From IMG/VR virus record IMGVR_UViG_3300045988_112739: a stretch of 64,000 bases of DNA, one strand, 5' to 3'. Each line of letters starts with the position of its first letter. Positions within the stretch are counted from its first letter, which is position 1. This DNA is from a virus. Below the pieces are notes generated by a model. It ran no database searches, was not told the DNA's origin, and worked only from the letters and a program-made list of their open reading frames with translations. Positions 8,612-18,341 of this stretch are shown piece by piece. The translations under genes were made by a program, and so were the position numbers.

Positions 8612-9370
8612 ATGGAAACATATAGTTATAGTAAAATAAAGATGTTTCATAATTGTAAAAAAGCGTTTTATGTTAGATATTTTGAGAATCCTAAAGAGTT
8701 GTTATCTCACGGAACTTCTGAATTTGGCTCTTTCGTACACGAAATATTAGAAAAATATGAGAAGGGCGAACTCCAAGTTTATGAAATGATGTCTTATTAT
8801 ATAGAACACTATGATGAAAATGTTCATTCATCATTTGTGTTGAATATGTCAAAAGATTTCAGCAGAGATTTTTCAGACAGTTATTATGCGGCGGGTCTTA
8901 AATATTTAGAGGGATTTGACGGATTTCCCGATTTTGATATAATACAAGCAGAGTACGAATTTACAATTCCCATAGAAAATAAATTTAATTTTACTGGAAA
9001 AATTGATTTAATTGCTAGAGACAAAGAAGGAAGCCTAATAATATTAGACCATAAATCAAAATCAAAGTTTAAAAGTAAAAAAGAATTAGCCGAATATGCG
9101 AAACAATTATATTTATATTCGTATGCGGTGTATAAAAAGTTTGGAGAACTTCCTAAGAAGTTGTATTTCAATATGTTTAGAACTGATGAACTTATTGAGA
9201 TACCTTTTAATAATGATGACTACAATGAAGCTTATCAATGGCTTGTAGAGTCTGTAGATGAAATTGAGAATTGTTTTGATTTTAGTGAACTAGAAGATAA
9301 GACAGATTTCTATTGTATGAATTTTTGTCCCATAAGAGAACAATGCAGAAAAGAAAATATTGAGGTGTAA
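8612..9370 (+). CDS. PD-(D/E)XK exonuclease, Cas4/RecB-like with 4-Cys cluster
   Basis: IDLIARD...IILDHKS (D...DxK), QLYLYSY (QxxxY). One N-terminal Cys (HNCKK) plus CMNFCPIREQC. Confidence 0.7.
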   Translation: METYSYSKIKMFHNCKKAFYVRYFENPKELLSHGTSEFGSFVHEILEKYEKGELQVYEMMSYYIEHYDENVHSSFVLNMSKDFSRDFSDSYYAAGLKYLEGFDGFPDFDIIQAEYEFTIPIENKFNFTGKIDLIARDKEGSLIILDHKSKSKFKSKKELAEYAKQLYLYSYAVYKKFGELPKKLYFNMFRTDELIEIPFNNDDYNEAYQWLVESVDEIENCFDFSELEDKTDFYCMNFCPIREQCRKENIEV

Positions 9371-9374
9371 TCAA

Positions 9375-9992
9375 ATGAAAAAGGTTTTGTTTTTCACTGG
9401 CGCAGGAATAAGTGCCGAATCAGGTATACCAACTTTTGGCGAACAAGAGGGGCTTAGAGACAAACTGACGCGCTCATTTGCATTAAACCATAAAGAAGAA
9501 TATAGGGAGACTATAAAGCAGATGTGCAATACGGTTGACAACGCAAAACCAAATAATGCCCATCTTGCCATTGCAAAATATAATTTTCCCGTTATTACAA
9601 TGAACATAGACGGATTGCATCAAAAAGCTGGTTCAGAAAATGTAATCTCTATACACGGTAGATTACCTAACCGTTATGAATTATATGATGATGACTTTAA
9701 TAGATTTGCTGGACTTCCTGTCCTTTATGGTGATAAAGCTCCCGAATATGGAACAGCAATAGACAAAGTTAATGAACTTAGAGATGGAGATAAGTTCATT
9801 ATAGTCGGAGTTCCCTTTTATGCCATGATAAGTAAGCAACCAGAATATATAACTACATGTAGAGAAAGTGAGCAACTAAAATATATAGCTACATGTAGAG
9901 AAGCAGAAGTAATAATTATCAATGATAGTGTAACAATCAAAGTTCCTAAAATTTGTGAATTACTTCATGAGGCTGGATATGTAGGATTATAA
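9375..9992 (+). CDS. Sir2-family (sirtuin-like) NAD-dependent protein, minimal form
   Basis: FFTGAGISAESGIPTF, NIDGLHQKAG and ISIHG motifs. No CxxC...CxxC zinc module after the catalytic His. ATG 9375 is 7 nt after tgaggtg. Confidence 0.65.
   Translation: MKKVLFFTGAGISAESGIPTFGEQEGLRDKLTRSFALNHKEEYRETIKQMCNTVDNAKPNNAHLAIAKYNFPVITMNIDGLHQKAGSENVISIHGRLPNRYELYDDDFNRFAGLPVLYGDKAPEYGTAIDKVNELRDGDKFIIVGVPFYAMISKQPEYITTCRESEQLKYIATCREAEVIIINDSVTIKVPKICELLHEAGYVGL
9844..9902 (+). repeat. in-frame 36-nt tandem duplication inside the Sir2-like gene
   Basis: aatatataactacatgtagagaa and aatatatagctacatgtagagaa lie 36 nt apart, giving PEYITTCRESEQ / LKYIATCREAEV. Confidence 0.6.
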
Positions 9993-10001
9993 GGTGATGT
10001 A

Positions 10002-12953
10002 ATGGAGAATTTATATATTAAAATCAATCAGGCAAAAGAAGAACTAGGAACACAGGCGGCGGCAATTATAGCGACAGAACTCCCTATTGAAAATTGGAAT
10101 GCCGAAAAATTAAGTGGAAAATCCCCTTTTAACCCTAACGACAATAATCCTAGTTTTATTTGGAATGCAAAAGATAATTGCTTTAAGGATTTCTCAACTG
10201 GAAAGAATTATGGCATTATAGATTTTTATATGGATAAGTATGGATACAGTTTCGTAACAGCCGCAAAAAAGTTATTTGAACTTGTCGATGTAGAATTTTC
10301 TGATGATGAATTTTCTTTTATGAAGAGTTCCAAGAAAGACTTTTTCGAGAATTATCGTTATCCTAGGGAAGAAAATAATGGTAACAGAGACAAGGTAAAT
10401 AAATATTTAGCAAAGCGGTCTATTAGTTCTGAAACTCTTGATTATATGGGGGTAAAAGAAGATAATCATGGAAATATAGTTTTTGAACTTAGAGATATCA
10501 ACGATAAACTTCTTGCTGTTAAGTATAGACCAGCAAGAGCAATTAACAAAGGCGAACCTAAGATGTGGTGGCAGAAAGATGCGGATATGTGTCCTAGTCT
10601 TTATAATATCAATAAAATTGACATTACACAACCCTTAGTGATTTGTGAAGGTTTCCCTGATTGTCTTTCAATAGTGGAAGCGGGATACAGAAACGTGGTT
10701 TCAATTCCTGGTGGAGCAGAAGATTTATCATGGATAGAATTTAATTATGATTTTCTTGATAGTATAAATGAAATTATTCTTTGGTTTGATAATGATAAAG
10801 CAGGACAAGGCGGTTTACAAAAAGCAGTATCAAGATTAGGGGAGGGTAAATGCAAAATTGTAAAGCCTACATCTATTGACGAAGATGATGTAGAAAAGTA
10901 TTATAAGCGGTATAATGAAAACCTTTCTATACGTAAGACAGATGCCAACAACATATTGATTGCTTGTGGTAAAAATGAAGTTATACGCCTTATCAATACA
11001 GCAGAAGAAATTCCTCTTAGAAATATTATTGACCTTGTAGAAATAGAAGAATTTGATATTAACAAGGTCGAGTATACTCCTACAGGATTTGCAGACTTAG
11101 ATAGAAAATTGTATGGATATATTGATGGCACTGTAAACGCATGGACGGCATATTCAGGTTGTGTGGATTGTGATACAGAGTTTTTTAACGGTAGAGAATG
11201 GAAGAAAATATCTGAATGGCAACCCGATGACAAGGTTCTCCAGTATAACGCAGATGGTACAGCAACGCTTGTTAAGCCACTTGCATATCATAAGTACAGC
11301 TGTAATAACTTGTGGGAATTTAAGAGTAAATATGGCATAAATCAGTGTTTAAGCGATGAACATACCGTGGTATATATAAACTCTATGGGGAATCTTAAAA
11401 CAAAGTCTTTTGCAGAGGTTAAGGCAATACATGAAGCAAACACAGGCGGTTTCCATGGAAAGTTTGTTCGTACTTTTAATTATAGTGGAAGTGGAATTAA
11501 TCTTTCTAATCCGGAAATTGAACTTATGTGTGCGGTTATTTGTGATGGTTCTTTTACCAAGAACAAGACTAATTTATGTCGGTTTCATATTAAAAAAGAC
11601 CGTAAAAAGCAAAAATTAAGAGAGATTTTTAATAAATGTAATATAAGCTATAGAGAGGCTATTTCGGCTAACGAAGGATATACCGATTTTTATTGTTATC
11701 CACCTCGCAGAGAAAAAGTTTTTTCTAGTTGGTGGTTTAATTGCACACATGAACAATTACAAGTTGTAGTTGATAACATTCTTTTTTGGGACGGAAGTAT
11801 TCATGATGGAAGAATGACTTTTTCCACATCATTGAAATCTACTGCTGATTTTGTGCAATTTGCATTTACATCATGTGGATATAGTGTGTCTATCAATACA
11901 TACGATAGAAGGGGCAGGATAAGAACCGTTAATGGTAAATCTTATGAAACAAAATCTGTTGAATATGGACTGAATATATCTGAAAGAAAACTTTCTGGTA
12001 TAGCTGGAGATAGCAAGGTAAAAATAAGCTCATATAAACCTATTGATGGCTTTAAATATTGTTTTACTGTCCCATCTCATATGTGGATAATGCGTAGAGG
12101 AGATAGGATAGTGGTAACTGGTAATTGTGGCAAATCAACACTTTTAACACAATCCTGTGTATTGGAGGCAATTGATAGAGGTGAAAGCGTTTTTTGGTTT
12201 AATGCCGAAAGCACACCCAGTCAGATGTTGAACTGGATTTTAGCACAATCTGCTGGCAGAGACCATACGATAGAGTTCACAAATGATAACGGATTTAAGT
12301 ATTATAAACCAACTACGCAAGCTACGTCAAAAATCAAACAGGTGTATAAAAACAAAATTTTAGTCTACGATAATTTGCTCTTAACGAACCCAGAAGACGT
12401 ATTAAATGAGATGAAAAACGTCTATACACGCCGAGGTACTAAAATTTTTATTTTAGATAACTGGCTTTGTCTCAATTTTCAGGCGGGTAGAGAGGAAGAT
12501 ATTAGTTCAGTCCAGTTGTCATTCCTAAATAAACTTATCCAGTTTACTAAAAAGAATGGACTTCAAGTTCATATCGTAAGTCACCCTAGAAAGCCACAAA
12601 CAGGAGTCCCTCTGAGTATGTATGACATACTTGGAACTTCTAACTTCGTAAATCTTATGGATAGAATTTTTGGACTTGATTTTCCACATGACAAGAAGAT
12701 AAAAGAAGCTGGGTATGACAGACAACTCACAGTGTTTAAGGATAGAGTTTTAGGCGAAGCCGAGTATTGCATGGGGTTGAACTATGACAAAGCTACCAGA
12801 CGATTAACAGGAATGAGCGACAATAAATTTAGAAGATATAATTGGGACGATGGTTCTATAAAATATAATTCTGAACAATTTGGAGAAAATGGTTGGCTTG
12901 TTGGAAAGAGAGTCCTTGATGATATTGATACTGTAAAAGAGTGTCCGTATTAA
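10002..12953 (+). CDS. bifunctional primase-helicase (T7 gp4-like) interrupted by an intein
   Basis: Toprim EGFPDCLS and WFDNDKAG. The helicase P-loop is split as AYSG / CGKSTLL. Downstream DNW (Walker B-like) and HIVSHPRK. Confidence 0.8.
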   Translation: MENLYIKINQAKEELGTQAAAIIATELPIENWNAEKLSGKSPFNPNDNNPSFIWNAKDNCFKDFSTGKNYGIIDFYMDKYGYSFVTAAKKLFELVDVEFSDDEFSFMKSSKKDFFENYRYPREENNGNRDKVNKYLAKRSISSETLDYMGVKEDNHGNIVFELRDINDKLLAVKYRPARAINKGEPKMWWQKDADMCPSLYNINKIDITQPLVICEGFPDCLSIVEAGYRNVVSIPGGAEDLSWIEFNYDFLDSINEIILWFDNDKAGQGGLQKAVSRLGEGKCKIVKPTSIDEDDVEKYYKRYNENLSIRKTDANNILIACGKNEVIRLINTAEEIPLRNIIDLVEIEEFDINKVEYTPTGFADLDRKLYGYIDGTVNAWTAYSGCVDCDTEFFNGREWKKISEWQPDDKVLQYNADGTATLVKPLAYHKYSCNNLWEFKSKYGINQCLSDEHTVVYINSMGNLKTKSFAEVKAIHEANTGGFHGKFVRTFNYSGSGINLSNPEIELMCAVICDGSFTKNKTNLCRFHIKKDRKKQKLREIFNKCNISYREAISANEGYTDFYCYPPRREKVFSSWWFNCTHEQLQVVVDNILFWDGSIHDGRMTFSTSLKSTADFVQFAFTSCGYSVSINTYDRRGRIRTVNGKSYETKSVEYGLNISERKLSGIAGDSKVKISSYKPIDGFKYCFTVPSHMWIMRRGDRIVVTGNCGKSTLLTQSCVLEAIDRGESVFWFNAESTPSQMLNWILAQSAGRDHTIEFTNDNGFKYYKPTTQATSKIKQVYKNKILVYDNLLLTNPEDVLNEMKNVYTRRGTKIFILDNWLCLNFQAGREEDISSVQLSFLNKLIQFTKKNGLQVHIVSHPRKPQTGVPLSMYDILGTSNFVNLMDRIFGLDFPHDKKIKEAGYDRQLTVFKDRVLGEAEYCMGLNYDKATRRLTGMSDNKFRRYNWDDGSIKYNSEQFGENGWLVGKRVLDDIDTVKECPY
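11160..12125 (+). mobile_element. intein (322 aa) with LAGLIDADG homing endonuclease domain
   Basis: Starts CVDCDTEFF (block A) and ends VVTGN followed by +1 Cys. Two LAGLIDADG-like motifs, LMCAVICDGSF and NILFWDGSIH. Removal restores SGCGKST. Confidence 0.7.
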
Positions 12954-12961
12954 CAAATGAC

Positions 12962-12990
12962 TTGACAAAATGAGACAGTTGTGCTATAAT
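12962..12990 (+). promoter_or_regulatory. sigma70-type promoter P4
   Basis: aatgaCTTGACAaaa, 17-nt spacer, TGcTATAAT. Confidence 0.75.
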
Positions 12991-13012
12991 AAATGTAGCA
13001 CAACTATTTTTA
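12978..13012 (+). terminator. intrinsic terminator-like hairpin overlapping the -10 of P4
   Basis: gttgtgcta-9 nt-tagcacaac followed by tattttta. The left arm includes the -10 region. Confidence 0.45.
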
Positions 13013-13026
13013 TAAGGAGTGATTTT

Positions 13027-14659
13027 GTGAGCAATTATTTTATATACCACTTACACAGTGACTATAGTAGTTGCACTACAAATATTGATAGTGTTACTAA
13101 GATAGATATGTATATTAATAAAGCTAAAGAGTGTGGAATGACGGCGTTAGCTTTCTCGGAGCATGGAAATATTCTGAATTGGTATGAGAAAAAGAGCAAA
13201 ATCGAAAAAGCAGGAATGAAGTATGTTCATGCAATGGAAGCTTATGTCACTGAAACCCTTGACGAAGCTATAAGAGATAATTACCATTTTGTCCTAATTG
13301 CAAAAAACTATGATGGGTTTCTGGAATTAAATAGGCTTAACACCAAATCATATAATAGACACGATAACTCATTCTACTATCGTCCAAGAATTTCGCTTGA
13401 CGATATAATGAACACTAGCGATAACATAATTATCACCACAGCTTGTCTTGCCGGACTGTTGAACAGTCAAAAAGATGAATTAAAAGAAAAATTTGTTAAT
13501 TGGGCAATAACCCATAAGGATAGAGTTTTTTTAGAGATACAGCATCATAATGTATCTGAACAAATTTCCTATAACAAAAATTTGTATATTCTGTCCCAAA
13601 AAACAGGACTTAGACTTATAACTGGAACTGATACTCACAGCATAGATGAGCCTCATGCAGAAGCCAGAGTGATTATGCAAAAAGCAAAAAAAGTATATTT
13701 TGATAACGAAGATGGTTGGGATTTAACTTTTAAAACTTACGATGAACTTGTAGAGAGTTATCGTAAGCAAAATAGTTTGCCAATGGATGTAGTTTTTGAA
13801 GCCATCAGGACAACTAAGATTATTGAGGATATGATAGAGCCTTTTGAGCTTGATATGTCTACAAAATATCCTAAGTTGTATGATAATTCTCTTGAAGTAT
13901 TCCGTAAGATGGTTTATGATTCTATTGACACTCACCCATATGCGCTTAAATTTCATACTAAGGAAGAGATTGTAAAGCGCATTGAAGAAGAACTTCCTGT
14001 TTATGAAAAAACACACATGATAGACTTTATGTTGTTCCAGAAATTTGTGCGAGATTGGGAACACGAAAACAACATATATGTTGGTGCAGGTAGAGGTAGT
14101 GTGTCTGGGTCTTATATAGCTTATCTATTAGGCATAACAGAAATGGATAGTATAAGATTTGACCTTAACTTCTTTAGGTTCGCTAATGAATATCGTGTTA
14201 GTAATTGTGATATTGATAGTGATTATTACGACCCCGACAGAGATAAAACGAGAAACTTTCTTTTAACTTGTGATAAAATAAAGTCCGCTGAAATAGCCGC
14301 TTTTGGTACTATTAAATTAAGAGGCGCTATAAGAGATGTAGGTAGAGCTTTAGAACTGTCGCTTGATGAAGTCACAGAAATTTGTGATAAACTTGAAGAG
14401 GTTGAAATTAATGGCAAAAAAGTTGAAATAGCAGGAGAGGCATTAAGAAAGAAATATCCAGAACTTTTTAAGTATGTTGATTTGGTTCAAGATGTGATTG
14501 TTTCTGTAGGTACTCACCCAGCAGGAGTTCTCTGTGCTAGTAGACCTATAGATGAAGAAATAGGTTTATTTAGTTTGTCTACAACAGAACACATGGTTTC
14601 TTGTAATGATATGTATGGTCTTGATGCCTGCTGGTGGACGAAACTTGATTGTTTAGGGT
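13027..14659 (+). CDS. dnaE: DNA polymerase III alpha subunit, exon 1
   Basis: GTG 13027 lies 8 nt after aaggag. The track start 12970 falls inside promoter P4. PHP motif YHLHSDYS. Ends ...KLDCLG within the conserved K.DxLGL motif. Confidence 0.8.
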
Positions 14660-15839
14660 AAACTATCTTGCCCTAGTAAAAACGGGTTATATGCTGGAAA
14701 AACCTTAGAGCTTTTATGCACTTACAGTATTTTGTATTTATTGTAATCGAAACAGTTAAAGGATTGGTTAATCAGCAGGCACGATAAGGTCAGCCTCAAC
14801 GACTATGGGAATATCCCAGTCATACATAAGTGATTATGTATGATAACCCCGTGAAAATGATATAGTCTGAACACTATAGAAATATAGTGAGATAAGCAGA
14901 AATGACTTATCATCTAGTAATTGTCGCATTAATATGAAAGGTGGTGATAAAGATTTCTAAGAAGAAGATTACAAAAGAAATGTTTGTAAATGAACTTGTA
15001 AGGTTGTATAATGAGTTTGGCAAAGTTAATATAAAAATATGGAATGAACACACTATATACAAAGGTTCTTGCTTTAATTGGTATTTGCACCAATATGGAA
15101 AGATTAGGACTTTATTAAACGAAGTTGGGATTACATACATAAACTACAATGAACTTACTGAGGAGCAAGTTCTTGAAAAAGCAAAGTGTATTTATCAAGA
15201 ATATGGATATATAAATAAAACCTTATGTGAACAAAACGGTTTATGGAGTTCGCCAGTTAGACATGTTTTTGGCAATTACAATAATTTATTTAAAGCTATT
15301 AATGCACCTATCAATATGTCTAGAGGTGTAACTAAAGACGAGCTTGTCAGCGATATCAAAGAGTTCATACAAAAATATCGGAGTTATTCAGCCGTTTTAT
15401 ATAGAAAATATGGGAAATATAGTTGTGCGATTGTTAATAAATATGGCGGTTGGGAAAATATACTTAATGAACTAGGGATGCGCTCTACAAGAAATAGTCA
15501 GCCAGAAAACTTTATAGAAACCTTTTTTGAACAAAATCAAGTTGAATTTGAAATACATAAAGGCTTTGAATGGCTTATATCTCCAGATGGGTATAAAATG
15601 TATGTAGACTTCTTTTTAACTAAATATAATTTGGTTATAGAGTATGACGGAGAGCAACATTATAAAATGGTAAAATATTTCCATAAAACACAAGAAAATT
15701 TTGAAAAGTGTTGTGAGCGAGACCGTCAAAAAGCTAAATTGTTAGAGGCACATGGTATAAAAATTTATAGAATAATATATAGCGACAATATATTATTTAA
15801 ACTTCAAGAATTATTAGAATTACTAGATTAACAAATTTG
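14660..15839 (+). mobile_element. group I intron with homing endonuclease ORF in dnaE
   Basis: P1 GGGUa/uGCCC (14656..14660 with 14669..14673). P10 UAUCU (14664..14668) pairs with exon AGAUA (15841..15845). caacgacta at 14797 and gatatagtc at 14859. Terminal G at 15839. The join gives LDCLG-LDNVGII in frame. Confidence 0.75.
14941..15831 (+). CDS. intron-encoded homing endonuclease, PD-(D/E)XK (Vsr/DUF559-like) with N-terminal homing-endonuclease-associated repeats
   Basis: C-terminal VDFFLTKYNLVIEYDGEQH...RDRQK. Four N-terminal repeats of the YGxxxxLLNEVG type. Located after the P7' core, in a peripheral loop. Confidence 0.65.
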   Translation: MVIKISKKKITKEMFVNELVRLYNEFGKVNIKIWNEHTIYKGSCFNWYLHQYGKIRTLLNEVGITYINYNELTEEQVLEKAKCIYQEYGYINKTLCEQNGLWSSPVRHVFGNYNNLFKAINAPINMSRGVTKDELVSDIKEFIQKYRSYSAVLYRKYGKYSCAIVNKYGGWENILNELGMRSTRNSQPENFIETFFEQNQVEFEIHKGFEWLISPDGYKMYVDFFLTKYNLVIEYDGEQHYKMVKYFHKTQENFEKCCERDRQKAKLLEAHGIKIYRIIYSDNILFKLQELLELLD

Positions 15840-17389
15840 TAGATAATGTCGGTATTATCAATAAAACGTGTGAACTTGCGGGTATAGACCGTATTAATCC
15901 TGATAACATTGATTTGGAAGACTGGGAAGTTTGGGACGATATTAGACAGGACACTACAGCGGTATTTCAGATGGAGTCTCCATATGCCGCTCAGACAATG
16001 AAACAAATATTTTCTGATAGTACCATAGCTAAAATAAGAAAAGCTATTCCTAATATCAAGATGTTGAAGTTAATGAGTTATGCAAACGCTCTTATCAGAC
16101 CCTGTGGCGCTTCTGTTAGAGAAGATTCTGTCAATGGTATAATTAAAAAAACTGGCATAAACGATATTGACGATTTGCTTGCACCAGAGCTAGGTAATTG
16201 TATTATTCAAGAGGACATCATGCTCTTCTTGATGAAATTCTGTGGTTTTGATTTGCCGAAGGCAGATTATGCTAGGAAATGCATTGCCAAGAAGCGCGGC
16301 ACAGAACAGTTAATGCCAGAGATTGAAGAAGGCTTTAATAGCAACGCAAAAGTAAAGTATAATTTATCAAATGAAAAAGCTGATGAAATTATAAAGCCTG
16401 TATTAAAATGCATATTAGATGCCACTAGATATGCGTTTAGTTGGAATCACTCTGATGCTTACAGCTTTATAGGATATGCTTGTGGATATCTTAGACATTA
16501 TTATCCTCTGGAATTCCTTACAACTTGTCTTAATGTATGGCAAGATAAAACGGAGAAAACCGCAATGGTTACTAGTAAAATAGCCGAAAGAGGATATAAG
16601 ATTGCTAATGCAAAATTTAGAATGTCTAGGGCAGAATATTTTTGTGATAAATCAACAGGCATAATTTATAAAGGAATAAAGTCTATTAAATACCTCAATG
16701 AAAATGTAGCAGAAATTCTATATTCTTTCAAGGATAATAAATATAATTCCTTTGTAGAACTGCTTTGCGATATCAGTAAAACGGCTATAAATTCAAGACA
16801 GGTAGGGGTTTTAATAGATATAGATTTCTTTGAAGAATTTGGAAATGCTAAACAATTAGCATTAATCTACAATATATTCAATATGTTTAAGCAAGGAAAT
16901 GCTAAACTCATCAAAAAGGAGAGGGTAGCTAATAACCCCATTCTCAATAATATAGTGGCAAGATATTCTAAAGAAACAGCAACAAACTATACACAGCTTG
17001 ATTGTAAAAATATATTATCAGAAGCAGAACAGTATATTATGTGTAGTATAACTGATGATTACCCTATAGGATATAAGATAAAAGTTCGCAAGGAATATTT
17101 AGGATATATTGATTACAAAACTAATAAGCCAGAAGATAGACCTAAAATTCTTATTCAAAGTTTAAAAAAGTGTATAGGTAAATTCGGTAAGGATGCTGGA
17201 AAGCCGTGGTGCTATATGTTTGATGGCTATAGCTTAGGCAGTGGTAAAGTGTCTACTTACAGTATTTTTGCTAAACAGTTTGAGAAAAATTCTTTTGCCG
17301 TTGATGATGTCATTTACATAGATGAATGGCATAGAAACAATAAAGGATATTTCTATATTGATAAATACAAAATATTGCCAAAAATTTAA
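15840..17389 (+). CDS. dnaE: DNA polymerase III alpha subunit, exon 2
   Basis: The frame is open from 15833 and has no proper start. Contains TTAVFQMES (the GVFQ.ES motif of Pol III alpha). Confidence 0.8.
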
Positions 17390-17410
17390 CAATATTTTTC
17401 TGAAAACGAC

Positions 17411-17439
17411 TTGACAAATTTCTCAAAATGTGATATAAT
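17411..17439 (+). promoter_or_regulatory. sigma70-type promoter P5
   Basis: aacgaCTTGACAaat, 17-nt spacer, TGtgaTATAAT. Confidence 0.75.
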
Positions 17440-17474
17440 AGTAGTGTACCTAAAAATGGTACACTACTATTTTT
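17439..17474 (+). terminator. intrinsic terminator immediately after or overlapping the P5 -10
   Basis: tagtagtgtacc-taaaaat-ggtacactacta 12-bp stem followed by ttttt. Confidence 0.55.
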
Positions 17475-17499
17475 AGAAATTATATAAGGAGTGATTTTA

Positions 17500-17730
17500 A
17501 TGGAAGAAATTACAATAAAGCTTCCTAAAGTTAGTGATGTTCATAATTTCTCTTATGCAGCTAACAAGTGTAAGTGTAAAGTAACCGTTGTTCATGGCGA
17601 ATATCAGGTAAATGGCAAGTCTCTTTTAGGACTATTTTCTCTTGACCTTGATAATCCTGTGAAGGTGGTATTCTCAGACCTTAAAGACGGGGAGAGCTAT
17701 ATTGATAACTTTAGGGAGTGGATGGTTTGA
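17500..17730 (+). CDS. HPr-like phosphocarrier-fold protein
   Basis: GEYQVNGKSLLGLFSLDLDNPVKVVFS resembles HPr N.KS(I/L)MG(V/L)MSLG...G....I. A His lies in the N-terminal SDVHNF. ATG is 8 nt after aaggag. Confidence 0.45.
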   Translation: MEEITIKLPKVSDVHNFSYAANKCKCKVTVVHGEYQVNGKSLLGLFSLDLDNPVKVVFSDLKDGESYIDNFREWMV

Positions 17731-18341
17731 TTATTAATTGGATTTCAGATAGTTGGACTAGAGTTAAGAACCACTGTCGCACAACAGTAAATAAAAAGTT
17801 TACTGATAAAGAACCCACTGACGAGTTTAAGAGAAAGCTTCTTATTTCAGAACATTCTCCTATTAGATTACTTGAAATAGATTGGACTTGGGAGAAAATC
17901 CCATATTGGGTTAGTACGGAGTGGAGTAGACATAAGTTTGAAAAATTTATCACTTCTCAGCGTGATGATAGAATGATTGACGAAACTCCTAGAGGTAAAA
18001 AACCACAAGAAGCTCCAGTCAATTTTGACGGATATGCAAACGCCCAAAACACAATAGACAGTTGGCGTAAAAGATTGTGTTATCAGGCTACCCCAGAAGC
18101 CAGAGAACTTGCAGAAGAGTTTAAGGCTCAGTTACACGAAGTAGAACCCGAATGGGCTGATGTATTACAAAAGAACTGTGTTTATAGAGGCGGTTGTCCT
18201 GAATTTAACCAGTGCCCTTATTGGAAAAACTTTTGTGAAAAACATAAAGGCGAAAATTTACTTGATATACAAACGAGATATGATTTAGCAAACAAAGACT
18301 TCTATGAAAGTCGTAAAAAGAGAAGTGAGAAAAATGGATAA
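17718..18341 (+). CDS. ThyX-like (flavin-dependent thymidylate synthase fold) protein, divergent motif
   Basis: SEHSPIRLLEIDWTWEKIPYWVSTEWSRHKFEKFITSQRDD parallels the ThyX pattern HxSxxEH...SR....RHRxxSxxxxSxR, but reads RHK and is one residue shorter. Confidence 0.4.
   Translation: MDGLIINWISDSWTRVKNHCRTTVNKKFTDKEPTDEFKRKLLISEHSPIRLLEIDWTWEKIPYWVSTEWSRHKFEKFITSQRDDRMIDETPRGKKPQEAPVNFDGYANAQNTIDSWRKRLCYQATPEARELAEEFKAQLHEVEPEWADVLQKNCVYRGGCPEFNQCPYWKNFCEKHKGENLLDIQTRYDLANKDFYESRKKRSEKNG

Noticed and set aside
12970-13026. The listed ATG start of dnaE at 12970.
   Set aside because: It lies between the -35 and -10 boxes of promoter P4, so it would not be transcribed from that promoter. GTG 13027, 8 nt after aaggag, gives the expected PHP N-terminus.
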